Positions 39,408 through 48,818 of a stretch of 64,000 nt of DNA are shown one piece after another. The DNA is from an uncultured Actinomycetota bacterium. GTDB lineage: Bacteria; Actinomycetota; Humimicrobiia; Humimicrobiales; Humimicrobiaceae. Every line of letters starts with the position of its first letter. Position 1 is the first letter of the stretch. The stretch is from contig CAYPYW010000002.1 of NCBI GenBank assembly GCA_964415365.1, positions 26,264 to 90,263 on the forward strand. Reading direction: 5' to 3'. The notes beneath the pieces are model-generated. The model did no database searches. It had not been told where the DNA came from and saw only the letters and a list, made by a program, of their open reading frames with translations. The position numbers and the translations under genes were made by a program.

Positions 39408-40235
39408 ATGATAGAATTACCCGAAGCTATTGTGATTTCCCGGCAACTCAATGAAACTATAAGCGGGAAGAAAATTAAAAACGTCATTGCTGCACAAAGC
39501 CCCCATAAATTCGCCTGGTATCATGGCGACCCTCACAAGTATCATGATTTACTTGTCACCAAAGAGATTGGCATAGCAAATGCTTACGGCAGCTGGATTG
39601 AAATAAGTGCCGGAGATGTAATGATTTCCTTTTGCGAAGGAGCAAGCCCCCGTTTCCATGCAGAAAATGAAAAACGTCCTCAAAAACACCAACTTCTTAT
39701 AGAATTTAAAGATTTAACAGCCATCAGTGCATCAATCCAGATGTATGGTGGACTTTTCTGCTACAGAGAAGGGGAACTTAAAAATGAATGCTACCTTCAG
39801 GCAAAAGAAAAACCTTCACCGCTGTCAGATCAATTCAATAAGGCATACTTTCTTAAGATTCTCTCTTTGCCCGGAGTAAACGGACTCAGTGCTAAGGCTC
39901 TTCTTGCAACCAACCAGAGGATCCCCGGTCTTGGTAATGGTGTACTTCAGGATATCCTCTTTAATGCAAAAATCCATCCAAAGAGAAAAGTAGACACCCT
40001 TACAGAAAGTGACAGAGAAATTCTATTCAACTCAATAAAATCCACCCTTTCAGAAATGGTTTCTTCAGGAGGAAGAGATACAGAAAAAGACTTATTTGGC
40101 AATCCGGGTGGATATAAGACCAGAGTCAGTAAAAATACCGCAGGTAAGTACTGCCCCAGATGTGCCAGCATAATTAAAAAAGAGGCCTACATGGGTGGAA
40201 GTATATACTATTGCACAGGCTGCCAGAAATTTTAA
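39408..40235 (+). CDS. fpg: Formamidopyrimidine-DNA glycosylase / Nei family (Fpg/MutM)
   Basis: N-terminal MIELPEA for PELPEV catalytic Pro2/Glu3; C-terminal zinc finger CPRC...CTGC. Confidence 0.75.
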   Translation: MIELPEAIVISRQLNETISGKKIKNVIAAQSPHKFAWYHGDPHKYHDLLVTKEIGIANAYGSWIEISAGDVMISFCEGASPRFHAENEKRPQKHQLLIEFKDLTAISASIQMYGGLFCYREGELKNECYLQAKEKPSPLSDQFNKAYFLKILSLPGVNGLSAKALLATNQRIPGLGNGVLQDILFNAKIHPKRKVDTLTESDREILFNSIKSTLSEMVSSGGRDTEKDLFGNPGGYKTRVSKNTAGKYCPRCASIIKKEAYMGGSIYYCTGCQKF

Positions 40236-41944
40236 CCTATCTTCAATCCCCTTAGACGATTAACAGCAAAAGCTAACTCAAGACCTCTAAAACCCGCAAA
40301 ATATCCGGATGCTTTGCTACTTAGAATATCCAGACCACCTTTTTCTATGTGGTACATTAAATCATGAATAATTTCCTTTAGAGAAGCTTTCCCATCAATA
40401 TATTTACTGATATACAATATAGCTTCACTGATTGCTTTCGTCTGCGACAGCTCAATAAGTTGCTCTAGATCAGTAAGATCGATAACATTTTTCCCAAAAT
40501 GTATTCTATTTATTTCTGTAGAATAAACACTTTTCTTATTGTAATAATTATACGGATTAATACATTCTTTGACCGGAACTCTTTTATTTGGACTAATCCG
40601 ATGTTCTTTTCCTTCATGTAAGCGTTTGTCAGATGTGGAACCGGAAATTTCATGTGCTTTATTAGTTACATCTATTGGATTATAATTTTTCATTTGAATT
40701 ACTATATTTGATACATCAAAGTAATCACCAATTCCTCCCAAAACAAGAATTGTGGAAATCCCTCTGTTTAAGTAAAGGCTCTCTACTTTATCAATAAAGG
40801 TGGTTATTGGTTCATCATCTTTCTTAACAAGTTTTTGCATTTTTTGATCGCGGATCATAAAGTTCGTAGCACATGTATCTTCATCCATCAATAATACATT
40901 TGTATCCATCTCAATTGCTTCCATGATGCTGGCTGCCTGAGATGTACTCCCACTTGCATTTTCTGTTGAAAACTGAGTGGTATCTTTTTGCAGCGGAAGA
41001 TTGTTAATAAACATTGAAATATCCACTTTTTCAATATATCTGCCGCTGTAAGCGCGTATTTTAATGGTACTGAAATCGGATATACAAATTTCCCTGCCGT
41101 CACCGGGTATATGATTGTAAATGCCCATTGAAATTGCATCCAGTAGAGTGGATTTTCCATGGTATCCGCCGCCTACAATCAGTGTTATTCCCTCCGGGAT
41201 ACCCATTCCTCTTGTTTTCCCTGAATGAGGTAAATCAATTTCCACCAGTAGACTTTCCGGTGACTTAAATGGGATTGCTATACTTCTATCCAGGGGCTCG
41301 TCGCTTGTACCGCTCCTGCGGGGTAAAATCGAGCCATCTGCAATAAATGCCACTAAATTTAACGACTTGAGCCTGGACCTTACGCATTCTGCGTCCTCTG
41401 CTGTTTTAATATGTTTCTCAAGGTTACCCATATCTAAATTTTCCGGAAATAAAGCAAGTTCAATAATTTCGGGTAATTCTTCAAAAAGCATCACTCTACA
41501 AATCTGAGAATTAATTTTTCGCCCATTAGCAGGCAGACCTATAAAAAACCGCACTTCAATGATTTCTTCATTTACTATAACAGAATTTCTCTCCAGTATA
41601 ACCTGGCCAGGTCTGGCAATTGTAATAATACCACTATTGCCTGTTCCCCTTCTTCCCTTTGATTTATTTACAACAGCATTATAAAAACTACGGGCCAGAA
41701 AATCACGAAAAGCTATTTCGCTTACTTTCGTATTGAAGATAATATTGAATTGACTGGAAAAATTGTTTTTAACTACTGCCCGGTATATTCCAGTGTGCGG
41801 CGGGGCATAGGGATCTTTTGGAATCTGGTCAATTAGTAACTTGAATCGGGAATAATTATATTCTCCTTTGAGTGATTGGTAAGCACCATAATCCCTTTCA
41901 TTAATAGACTCAATTTTATGCCTTAAAACATTGATAGTTTCCAT
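40232..41944 (-). CDS. ABC-class ATPase of unknown function (predicted-ATPase-of-the-ABC-class family)
   Basis: LIVGGGYHGKSTLLDAI Walker A and LLMDEDTCATNFMIRD Walker B-like motifs in a 570-aa soluble protein. Confidence 0.65.
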   Translation of the reverse strand: METINVLRHKIESINERDYGAYQSLKGEYNYSRFKLLIDQIPKDPYAPPHTGIYRAVVKNNFSSQFNIIFNTKVSEIAFRDFLARSFYNAVVNKSKGRRGTGNSGIITIARPGQVILERNSVIVNEEIIEVRFFIGLPANGRKINSQICRVMLFEELPEIIELALFPENLDMGNLEKHIKTAEDAECVRSRLKSLNLVAFIADGSILPRRSGTSDEPLDRSIAIPFKSPESLLVEIDLPHSGKTRGMGIPEGITLIVGGGYHGKSTLLDAISMGIYNHIPGDGREICISDFSTIKIRAYSGRYIEKVDISMFINNLPLQKDTTQFSTENASGSTSQAASIMEAIEMDTNVLLMDEDTCATNFMIRDQKMQKLVKKDDEPITTFIDKVESLYLNRGISTILVLGGIGDYFDVSNIVIQMKNYNPIDVTNKAHEISGSTSDKRLHEGKEHRISPNKRVPVKECINPYNYYNKKSVYSTEINRIHFGKNVIDLTDLEQLIELSQTKAISEAILYISKYIDGKASLKEIIHDLMYHIEKGGLDILSSKASGYFAGFRGLELAFAVNRLRGLKIG

Positions 41945-41954
41945 TTTTTAACTC

Positions 41955-42173
41955 TTAAAATTTAAATATCCTTGATCCAGGATCTTTAAAACTATTTTTA
42001 CAATCTTCAATCTCCTGCTCCACAGCCTTCCATATTTTTTCCAGTTGTCCGGTTTCCCATTCATACACCTTCTTATTCGATAATCCGGACAGGCTTCTAA
42101 TAGCATTAATGATATTTTGCACTCTTTTCTCGGCAACCCGCTTGAAACGTTCCTTTTTTGTTTCTCCTGCCAT
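41955..42173 (-). CDS. Small hypothetical protein (72 aa) immediately upstream of the ABC-class ATPase
   Basis: Helical, charged composition; 10-nt gap to the ATPase start. It competes with an overlapping 88-aa ORF in another frame that looks less protein-like. Confidence 0.35.
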   Translation of the reverse strand: MAGETKKERFKRVAEKRVQNIINAIRSLSGLSNKKVYEWETGQLEKIWKAVEQEIEDCKNSFKDPGSRIFKF

Positions 42174-42284
42174 AATAATTCCATCCTCGTTAATTGGTAA
42201 TTAATTATGTACAAAAAATATACAATATTATGGAAATATTATCAATATATTTTTGATATATTTTTATATTGCATCCAAAAAATA

Positions 42285-42638
42285 TTATTTAAATTGCTTC
42301 TTGTGTTTTTTTATCCAAACCCGATAAAGGAGTACAGCAGATATGGATAACACTGTACTAATAGAAAAAGGGATCAAAAATTCCTTTGATAAGGGATTCG
42401 CTATAGCATCGCCGATCAAAACAATGGGAATCATTCCAGGTATCAACCCTAGCAAAGATCCTGTTAAAAACTGATAATATTTTGTATTTGTTGCGCCAAA
42501 AAACATGCTCATCAAATCTGTTGGAAAACCAGGAACAAGTAAATCTTTTAAAGTGGTTAGAACTTCCCCAATATCCAGAAAGCCATTTACTACTTCTGGA
42601 TTATAGTAGTCCTCTCTTCTTGATATCATCTCTATCAT
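42285..42638 (-). pseudogene. DedA/TVP38-family C-terminal fragment (117 aa), probably a truncated gene
   Basis: VPGFPTDLMSMFFGATNTKYYQFLTGSLLGLIPGMIPIVLIGDAI matches the DedA C-terminal half. The N-terminal half is absent and the 5' end overlaps the upstream sensor gene. Confidence 0.4.
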
Positions 42639-44706
42639 TTAGAACTCTATCTATGAAAACTTTGACCAGATTTGGATCAAATTGAGTTCCCGAGCATCTC
42701 CTAAGTTCCTCTAGGGCCTCTTCCTCACTAACTGCCTTTTTATATGGTCTGTCATTAGTCATAGCATCATAAGCATCAACTATTGATATTATACGGGATA
42801 TAAGTGGTATTTCATTCTTCCTTAAGCCATTAGGGTATCCAGAACCATCCCAATTTTCATGATGAGACAATATCGCCCTGGCTATTGGAGCTAACTGTAA
42901 AGATGACTGTGAAATACGATATCCTATTTCAGGGTGTTTTTTAACAAGCTCCCATTCTTTATCATTTAACTTTCCAGGTTTCAAAATAATACTATCCGCA
43001 ATAGCTATTTTTCCTATATCATGCAGGGTAGCCAAAAGGTTTAGCTCGTCCAATTGCCCATCAGTTAATTTAAGTTTCTCACCCATTTTTTGCACATAAT
43101 TTCTCATTCTTGCCATGTGCTCTTTTGTCTCATAATCTCTTTCCTCCAGAGCTTTTTCTAGAGAAGATATTATTGAGCTACGGGTACTTTGCTGCTCTAT
43201 TAATTTGTGTCTACACATCATATCTTCAGCTTCCTTAATAATATTTTTTATGTCTTGGGAAGGATTTTCCTTTGTAGAAACTCCTATAGAAATACTTAAA
43301 GGTATCATTTCGGAAGTGGTTTTATTACAATATCCTTTCATTCGCTCAATAATTTTTAAAGTGTTTTTTTCATCAATATTCGGTAAAATTATTATGAATC
43401 CACCCCCGCCCCATCTGGCAATAATATCTTCCTTTCTAAAGCACCCCTTTAAAAGTTTCGACATTTCCTTTATTATTTCATCCCCTTTAATATAGCCAAA
43501 AGCATCATTTATTAACTTGAGTCCATTAATGTCTCCAACTACAATACTGAAGGGTAGATGCCTTTTAGTATCTAATCTCCCCAATTCTTCTTCAAAATAG
43601 GCTCGATTATAAAGGCCTGTCAAATCATCATGAAAACCCATGTATTTTACTTTGTCCTGGGCTTCTTCCAGATCATCGAGCATATTATTTATATCAGCAG
43701 CAAGAACAGAAATTTCATCATTGCCACTGGTGGCTACTCGTTTAGATATATCCTTTTCCTGTCCAATGCGTTTAATATCATTTTTTACTTCCAGTAACCT
43801 CCTTAAAAATAGCTTATTCAATAATATCAACGTCAGGACACCTAAAATTATACATGCTACAAAAATTATAGATGTATAAGTTGCTAAGGTAGTTATACTC
43901 TGTCTGTAAATACTTCTGGGCATATTGATTCTCAATAATATAGCCGGGCTGCCAAAAATATCTTCCAATACTGTATAACCAGCAACATTCTCTCTATCTA
44001 AGGCTGCAATATAAAAAGGATTTTCGTCATTTATCTTAGATAATACATCATCCAATCCACTAAATTCATCAGGGTGGTCTAACCGGAAAACATCAATGGA
44101 TAACTCTGTTCTTTCGGCTAAATTACTAGTTACGGATTCATCTAAATACCTGCCAAAAATTAGTGCCCCTCTTACGGGACCCCCATCATTGCTTTTTATA
44201 ATTGGCTCTGATGTCACCAACATTGGATTATCTGGCGATAATATAATTCCGGAAACACTGCTATCTGTTTCAATATGATTAACAAGAATACTGCCATAAG
44301 ATACAAACTCATATATATCCTCAGGAACTGATATTTCTTCCTCACTCTCAAGATCAAAAGCCTTCTCATAAATTATATCCCCTGATAGGTTCACAAACAT
44401 CATTAAATTAAGATCTAGATTAGTAAAAGTCTCATCGACCAGATTAGAATCAATATAGTCCTTATCACTATTATTGATAAATTCATAGGTATCGTCCCAT
44501 GCAGACCAATCCGCATTTAAACAAGACAGTTCATATATATCATTGGATAATGTGTTTACAACCCTATTAATGTTTTCGTTAACAGTTTGCTTTTCTATTT
44601 CTAAAAATCTTTCTTGTATTACTGAATGGGAAATTGCCAGAGTGACTACTATCGTTCCAATAAAGAATACACTTAATATAATGGTTATCCTTTTATTAAT
44701 GGTCAT
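42601..44706 (-). CDS. Membrane sensor with periplasmic domain, degenerate GGDEF domain (GGGGF) and HD-GYP phosphodiesterase domain
   Basis: Two TM segments flank a roughly 260-aa extracytoplasmic domain. GGDEF fold is present with signature RWGGGGF. HD-GYP: HDIGKI...HHENWDGSGYP. Confidence 0.8.
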   Translation of the reverse strand: MTINKRITIILSVFFIGTIVVTLAISHSVIQERFLEIEKQTVNENINRVVNTLSNDIYELSCLNADWSAWDDTYEFINNSDKDYIDSNLVDETFTNLDLNLMMFVNLSGDIIYEKAFDLESEEEISVPEDIYEFVSYGSILVNHIETDSSVSGIILSPDNPMLVTSEPIIKSNDGGPVRGALIFGRYLDESVTSNLAERTELSIDVFRLDHPDEFSGLDDVLSKINDENPFYIAALDRENVAGYTVLEDIFGSPAILLRINMPRSIYRQSITTLATYTSIIFVACIILGVLTLILLNKLFLRRLLEVKNDIKRIGQEKDISKRVATSGNDEISVLAADINNMLDDLEEAQDKVKYMGFHDDLTGLYNRAYFEEELGRLDTKRHLPFSIVVGDINGLKLINDAFGYIKGDEIIKEMSKLLKGCFRKEDIIARWGGGGFIIILPNIDEKNTLKIIERMKGYCNKTTSEMIPLSISIGVSTKENPSQDIKNIIKEAEDMMCRHKLIEQQSTRSSIISSLEKALEERDYETKEHMARMRNYVQKMGEKLKLTDGQLDELNLLATLHDIGKIAIADSIILKPGKLNDKEWELVKKHPEIGYRISQSSLQLAPIARAILSHHENWDGSGYPNGLRKNEIPLISRIISIVDAYDAMTNDRPYKKAVSEEEALEELRRCSGTQFDPNLVKVFIDRVLNDRDDIKKRGLL

Positions 44707-45232
44707 AATTTTTAACTACTTATTAAATCCTAAATGAAACAAATGAATAAATAACTTATCTAAGTTGAAAGATTCTTTAAAAAACCAAAACTTATAATAT
44801 ATAATAAGCTTTTATTTCAAAATATTAATTAATTGATGGTTATCCAACAAATTAAGAAAATATATTATATTAATATAAGTAACATGTCAATTTTTATATA
44901 AACTAATTTATATAACTAGATATAAAAAAATTATTATATAATTTATTAATAGTATTGGCGCTTCTATTTGCGGAATGCTTCAAGCGCTTTAGGTAATGAA
45001 ATTTCAAACCCTTTTTAGTTGAACTAATCAGTCTACACAGTATACCAGAACATAATCAGGATTTATGAAATAAAAAATCTATTCTTGTGATTTTTTTTAT
45101 TTTCAAGCGACTAATATTTACAGAGAATAAAATTATGCGAAAAGATAAAAATAAGTTCACGGAGATAGTCAACGAAAATCAGGCTATAATAAATAAGGTC
45201 TCTGGCTTGATCTCTTTAAATATTTATTAAAT

Positions 45233-45919
45233 TTAGATAATAAAAACTATCCCGATAGATACTGCACATTTTATGGATTCGGTATCTGCATATTTTGAGC
45301 CAATTGGATATGCTTCCCATCCGACTCTTGAGATTATATCGAAAGCATCAATTCCTACTCCTTCCACCGAAGGCCTGGCCTTAAGTGGGAACCTACATCT
45401 GCCGCTGTCCAAAAACTGGCAAAACATGCCTGAACATAGAGCAGTTTTACAGCCTCCGGCTGAAAAACCTACTGCAAAATAATATCCATCATTGAATGCT
45501 ATCAATTCAAGGGCACTAACAATATCATGTATTTTTCTCTGATGCCTCTCATGGCTCTTGAGCCATTTCTTCTGATCCACAAAATCCTCTAGTGTGGGAA
45601 CATCATATTTTACAAGAACAGCCCACCTGTATTTTTTCATTGTCTTTCTCATAAAATCGATGTCGGGAGTATACGGAGGGCAGTTTGGTGAACTTCCATA
45701 TAAATGACAACCGGGAATTTTGCACTTCATCCTTACCCTCTCGTCGAATTTTACCCACCTGGAGGGAATAATGATGCAATCAGAAGCTCCGAGCTCTAGT
45801 GCACTGCTTTTATATTTTTCCAGATCAGATCTTATGGCTCTTTTCTTTTTTTTACTCAATTGCTCTAATCTTTTTGTGGTATATTTATGGTCTTTAATCA
45901 TATCTTTAAAGTTGAACAA
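45233..45919 (-). CDS. DUF2284-type predicted metal-binding protein
   Basis: Cys-rich pattern CKIPGCHLYGSSPNCPP...GGCKTALCSGMFC typical of that family. Confidence 0.55.
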   Translation of the reverse strand: MFNFKDMIKDHKYTTKRLEQLSKKKKRAIRSDLEKYKSSALELGASDCIIIPSRWVKFDERVRMKCKIPGCHLYGSSPNCPPYTPDIDFMRKTMKKYRWAVLVKYDVPTLEDFVDQKKWLKSHERHQRKIHDIVSALELIAFNDGYYFAVGFSAGGCKTALCSGMFCQFLDSGRCRFPLKARPSVEGVGIDAFDIISRVGWEAYPIGSKYADTESIKCAVSIGIVFII

Positions 45920-45948
45920 AAAACTAATTATTTACTTAGTGCACAAGA

Positions 45949-46022
45949 TGGCTGGGGAGGAAGGATTTGAACCTTCGATCACGGGTCCAAAACCCGTTGC
46001 CTTACCGCTTGGCTACTCCCCA
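45949..46022 (-). tRNA. tRNA-Gln (anticodon UUG), CCA encoded
   Basis: Reverse complement folds as acceptor TGGGGAG/CTCCCCA, 3-bp D-stem, anticodon stem ACGGG/CCCGT, loop TTTTGGA, T-arm GAAGG-TTCAAAT-CCTTC, G discriminator + CCA. The plus-strand ORF 45720..46070 overlapping it is spurious. Confidence 0.85.
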
Positions 46023-46128
46023 ACAAGGTTAATAAATTTTATATCAGAATCATTCAAAATTCAAACTTAAAAGGGTACTTGTTATATTGAAGATATTCCG
46101 TTAATTGCTTACTGATTGTTTCTAGATT

Positions 46129-47070
46129 TTAACTATGAATGGTTAAACTATTAGGTGTGGTATGAGATAAAAAGACTTTTGAGGATAATGGCTTAAGACC
46201 TTCACATATATCAACTGCTGTTTTTAGATCATCGCAAAATGCAAATACAGTAGGACCACTTCCGGTCATCTGGGTAGCAATGGCTCCCAGCTCGGACGCT
46301 TTTTCTTTTATAGCCAGTATTTCTTTATCTTCAATTACTACTACATCTTCCAGATCATTTCGCAGCTTCCCAAAGAAAATACCGAATTCCCCCTTTGCTA
46401 TATTATTTACCAGCTCACTATGTATTGATTTTCTCTCCACTCCAACTAAATCAAATTTTCCGTATACTTCTCCTGACAGAAACTTCCCTCCATTAGTAGC
46501 AAGCACAATCCAGTAAAAAGGCAAATGGGGCAACTGTGAAAGCTTTTCTCCCCTACCTTCCGCAAGAGTAGTTCCACCCTTAATACAAAAAGGAACATCC
46601 GATCCCACTTCACCCGCCAGACTCATTATATCAACCAATCCTATATTGAGATTAAATAATTTATCCAGCGCGACCAGGGTTGCTGCTGCATTGGTGCTGC
46701 CTCCGGCAAGTCCTGCACACACTGGAATATGTTTGCCTATATTAATTTTTACCGAATATTTGCCTCTTAGATTATAATTATCCAGAATTAATGCTGCTGC
46801 TTTGTGAACCAAATTTTTCTCATCAAGGGGAATATCTTCATTATCGCAGGTAATATAAATCCCATTTTTATTCTGTGACCTGTAACTTCCACTCTCTCCT
46901 AAAATCTCAAAAGTAAGCTCATCCGAAAGACTTATACTCTGCATTATTGATTTTATTTCATGGTAGCCGTCAGTTCTTCCATTTTTTGCAACATTCAGGT
47001 ACAGGTTTATTTTTCCCGAAGCTCTGAGCTTTAAAATATTTCTCGTTTCCATTCTGCTATATGATAGCAC
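46129..47070 (-). CDS. ispE: 4-diphosphocytidyl-2-C-methyl-D-erythritol kinase
   Basis: ASGKINLYLNV N-terminus and PVCAGLAGGSTNAAA GHMP-kinase motif. Confidence 0.85.
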   Translation of the reverse strand: MLSYSRMETRNILKLRASGKINLYLNVAKNGRTDGYHEIKSIMQSISLSDELTFEILGESGSYRSQNKNGIYITCDNEDIPLDEKNLVHKAAALILDNYNLRGKYSVKINIGKHIPVCAGLAGGSTNAAATLVALDKLFNLNIGLVDIMSLAGEVGSDVPFCIKGGTTLAEGRGEKLSQLPHLPFYWIVLATNGGKFLSGEVYGKFDLVGVERKSIHSELVNNIAKGEFGIFFGKLRNDLEDVVVIEDKEILAIKEKASELGAIATQMTGSGPTVFAFCDDLKTAVDICEGLKPLSSKVFLSHTTPNSLTIHS

Positions 47071-47082
47071 AAATGCCCTATA

Positions 47083-47952
47083 TTAGATATTAAGTTTTTT
47101 ATATAAGAAAATATAATCTTCCAACCTAAGTTCCTCTGCTCTTACATTTTCATTTTTACCGATTTCGGATAGCAATTTTATAGCAAGTTCCGATTTATGA
47201 CAATACCTGCTATTGCTTTGAGACAGCGAATTAACCAACTTTTTCCTTCTATGCAAAAAACAGCCATTTATAAAATCAAAGAAGTCATCGATCTCGAAAC
47301 CCTGGTCTATTAAAAATCTATTATCCTTCCTGTCTACTTTTATGACTACCGAATCAACAAAGGGCCTGGGTAAAAAACAATTACGCGAAATCCGGAAACA
47401 AAAATTAAAATCAGCCAAAAAATTGGCTTTCACTGTATAAGAACTGTAATTTTTATCTCCTGCTGAGGCAAGTAATCTCTCGGCTATATCCTTTTGCATA
47501 GTTACAAATAACTTTCTTATACCCTCTGCCTCCATAAGAATTTTCATCAGCAGAGGTGCCGCAATGCTATAAGGAAGATTTGAAACTACCTTAGTTATTC
47601 TATACTTGCCGGCAATATATGCATAATCAAGCTTCAGGGCATCCACCTGTATTAATTGTATTTTTTCTTTAGAAACTTCATCAAAGATATCCTTAAATGC
47701 TTTAATCAGCAGATTATCTATTTCAATACAGACCACCCTTTTTGCCTTATTAATTAAAATCTCAGTAAGGCTGCCGATCCCACTTCCAATTTCAAGAATT
47801 ACATCGCGAGAATCAACACCGGCATACTTAACTATTTTCTTCGCACTGTTGGTATCAACCAAAAAGTTTTGGCCCAGACTTTTTTTAAGTCTTATTCCAT
47901 AACCACTTAAAATCCGGGCTGTCTCTCCAGGAGAGCTTATAAAGGGGCTCAT
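47083..47952 (-). CDS. rsmA: 16S rRNA (adenine1518/1519-N6)-dimethyltransferase
   Basis: KSLGQNFLVD and EIGSGIGSLT SAM-binding motifs; VSNLPY. Confidence 0.85.
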   Translation of the reverse strand: MSPFISSPGETARILSGYGIRLKKSLGQNFLVDTNSAKKIVKYAGVDSRDVILEIGSGIGSLTEILINKAKRVVCIEIDNLLIKAFKDIFDEVSKEKIQLIQVDALKLDYAYIAGKYRITKVVSNLPYSIAAPLLMKILMEAEGIRKLFVTMQKDIAERLLASAGDKNYSSYTVKANFLADFNFCFRISRNCFLPRPFVDSVVIKVDRKDNRFLIDQGFEIDDFFDFINGCFLHRRKKLVNSLSQSNSRYCHKSELAIKLLSEIGKNENVRAEELRLEDYIFLYKKLNI

Positions 47953-47971
47953 TTTATTTAAAGATCAAATT

Positions 47972-48787
47972 TTAATTTAAAGAAAAAAAACTTTCTGCAT
48001 TTTTTGAAGTAATATCTGCAACTTCCTCAACATTCAAATCCTTAACTTCAGCAATCTTCTCAGCAACATATCTCACATATCCAGGATAATTCTCTTTACC
48101 TCTCATTGCCTGTGGCGCCAGAAAAGGTGCGTCAGTTTCTATAAACAGACGTTCAATAGGAACTTTTTCTACAGCTTTCAATACACCTCTGGCATTGGGA
48201 AAGGTGATTACACCAGTAAAAGAAATATACAACCCTAAATCAAGACACTGCATTGCAAAATTGGTATCCCCTGAAAAACAGTGAACAACAGCTCTAAAAT
48301 TCCTGTGACTAGTATACCTCTTTACCACTTCCAGAGTCTGGCGGTGTGCCTCCCTATCATGAATTATTACCGGTACATCATATTTTAGAGCCAGTTCTAT
48401 ATGAGATGCAAAAGCTCTTTCCATATCTATCCTCGGGCTGAGATTTCTGTAAAAATCGAAACCGGTCTCACCCACTGCCACGACCTTACCGTATTTTTCA
48501 CTTTCATCTTTACTCCCACCTTCAGCATCCAAACAACCCTGTAATAGCAATTCAAGGATTTTAATTTCTTTACTGCCAAAGTCTTTAACATAATGGGGAT
48601 GGACACCAACACTGGCAAATACATTGCTGAATTTTCCGGCAAACTCCACTGACCTCTTGCTCCCTTCCAGACTTGAACCCACATTTATTATATATTCAAC
48701 ACCTTCATTCTCAGACCTTGTTACCGCCTCCTCAGGAGTAAGGTTTTTCAACATATCCAGATGAGCATGTGTGTCTATAAAATACAT
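47972..48787 (-). CDS. tatD: TatD-family metal-dependent hydrolase
   Basis: YFIDTHAHLD N-terminus and the conserved His/Asp/Glu framework. Confidence 0.85.
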   Translation of the reverse strand: MYFIDTHAHLDMLKNLTPEEAVTRSENEGVEYIINVGSSLEGSKRSVEFAGKFSNVFASVGVHPHYVKDFGSKEIKILELLLQGCLDAEGGSKDESEKYGKVVAVGETGFDFYRNLSPRIDMERAFASHIELALKYDVPVIIHDREAHRQTLEVVKRYTSHRNFRAVVHCFSGDTNFAMQCLDLGLYISFTGVITFPNARGVLKAVEKVPIERLFIETDAPFLAPQAMRGKENYPGYVRYVAEKIAEVKDLNVEEVADITSKNAESFFSLN

Positions 48788-48818
48788 AGCATCACTTTCT
48801 CATTATATTCTCAAACTA

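Noticed and set aside
41948-42214. 88-aa minus-strand ORF overlapping the 72-aa ORF in another frame
   Set aside because: Its translation (MYIINYQLTRMELLWQEKQKRNV...) looks non-proteinaceous. The 72-aa alternative was kept, at low confidence.
45135-45230. 31-codon ORF resembling a sigma-factor N-terminus (MRKDKNKFTEIVNENQAIINKV...)
   Set aside because: Too short and it terminates immediately; at most a gene remnant, and the similarity is weak.
45720-46070. 116-aa plus-strand ORF
   Set aside because: Overlaps and runs through the tRNA-Gln gene and is antisense to the DUF2284 gene; spurious.
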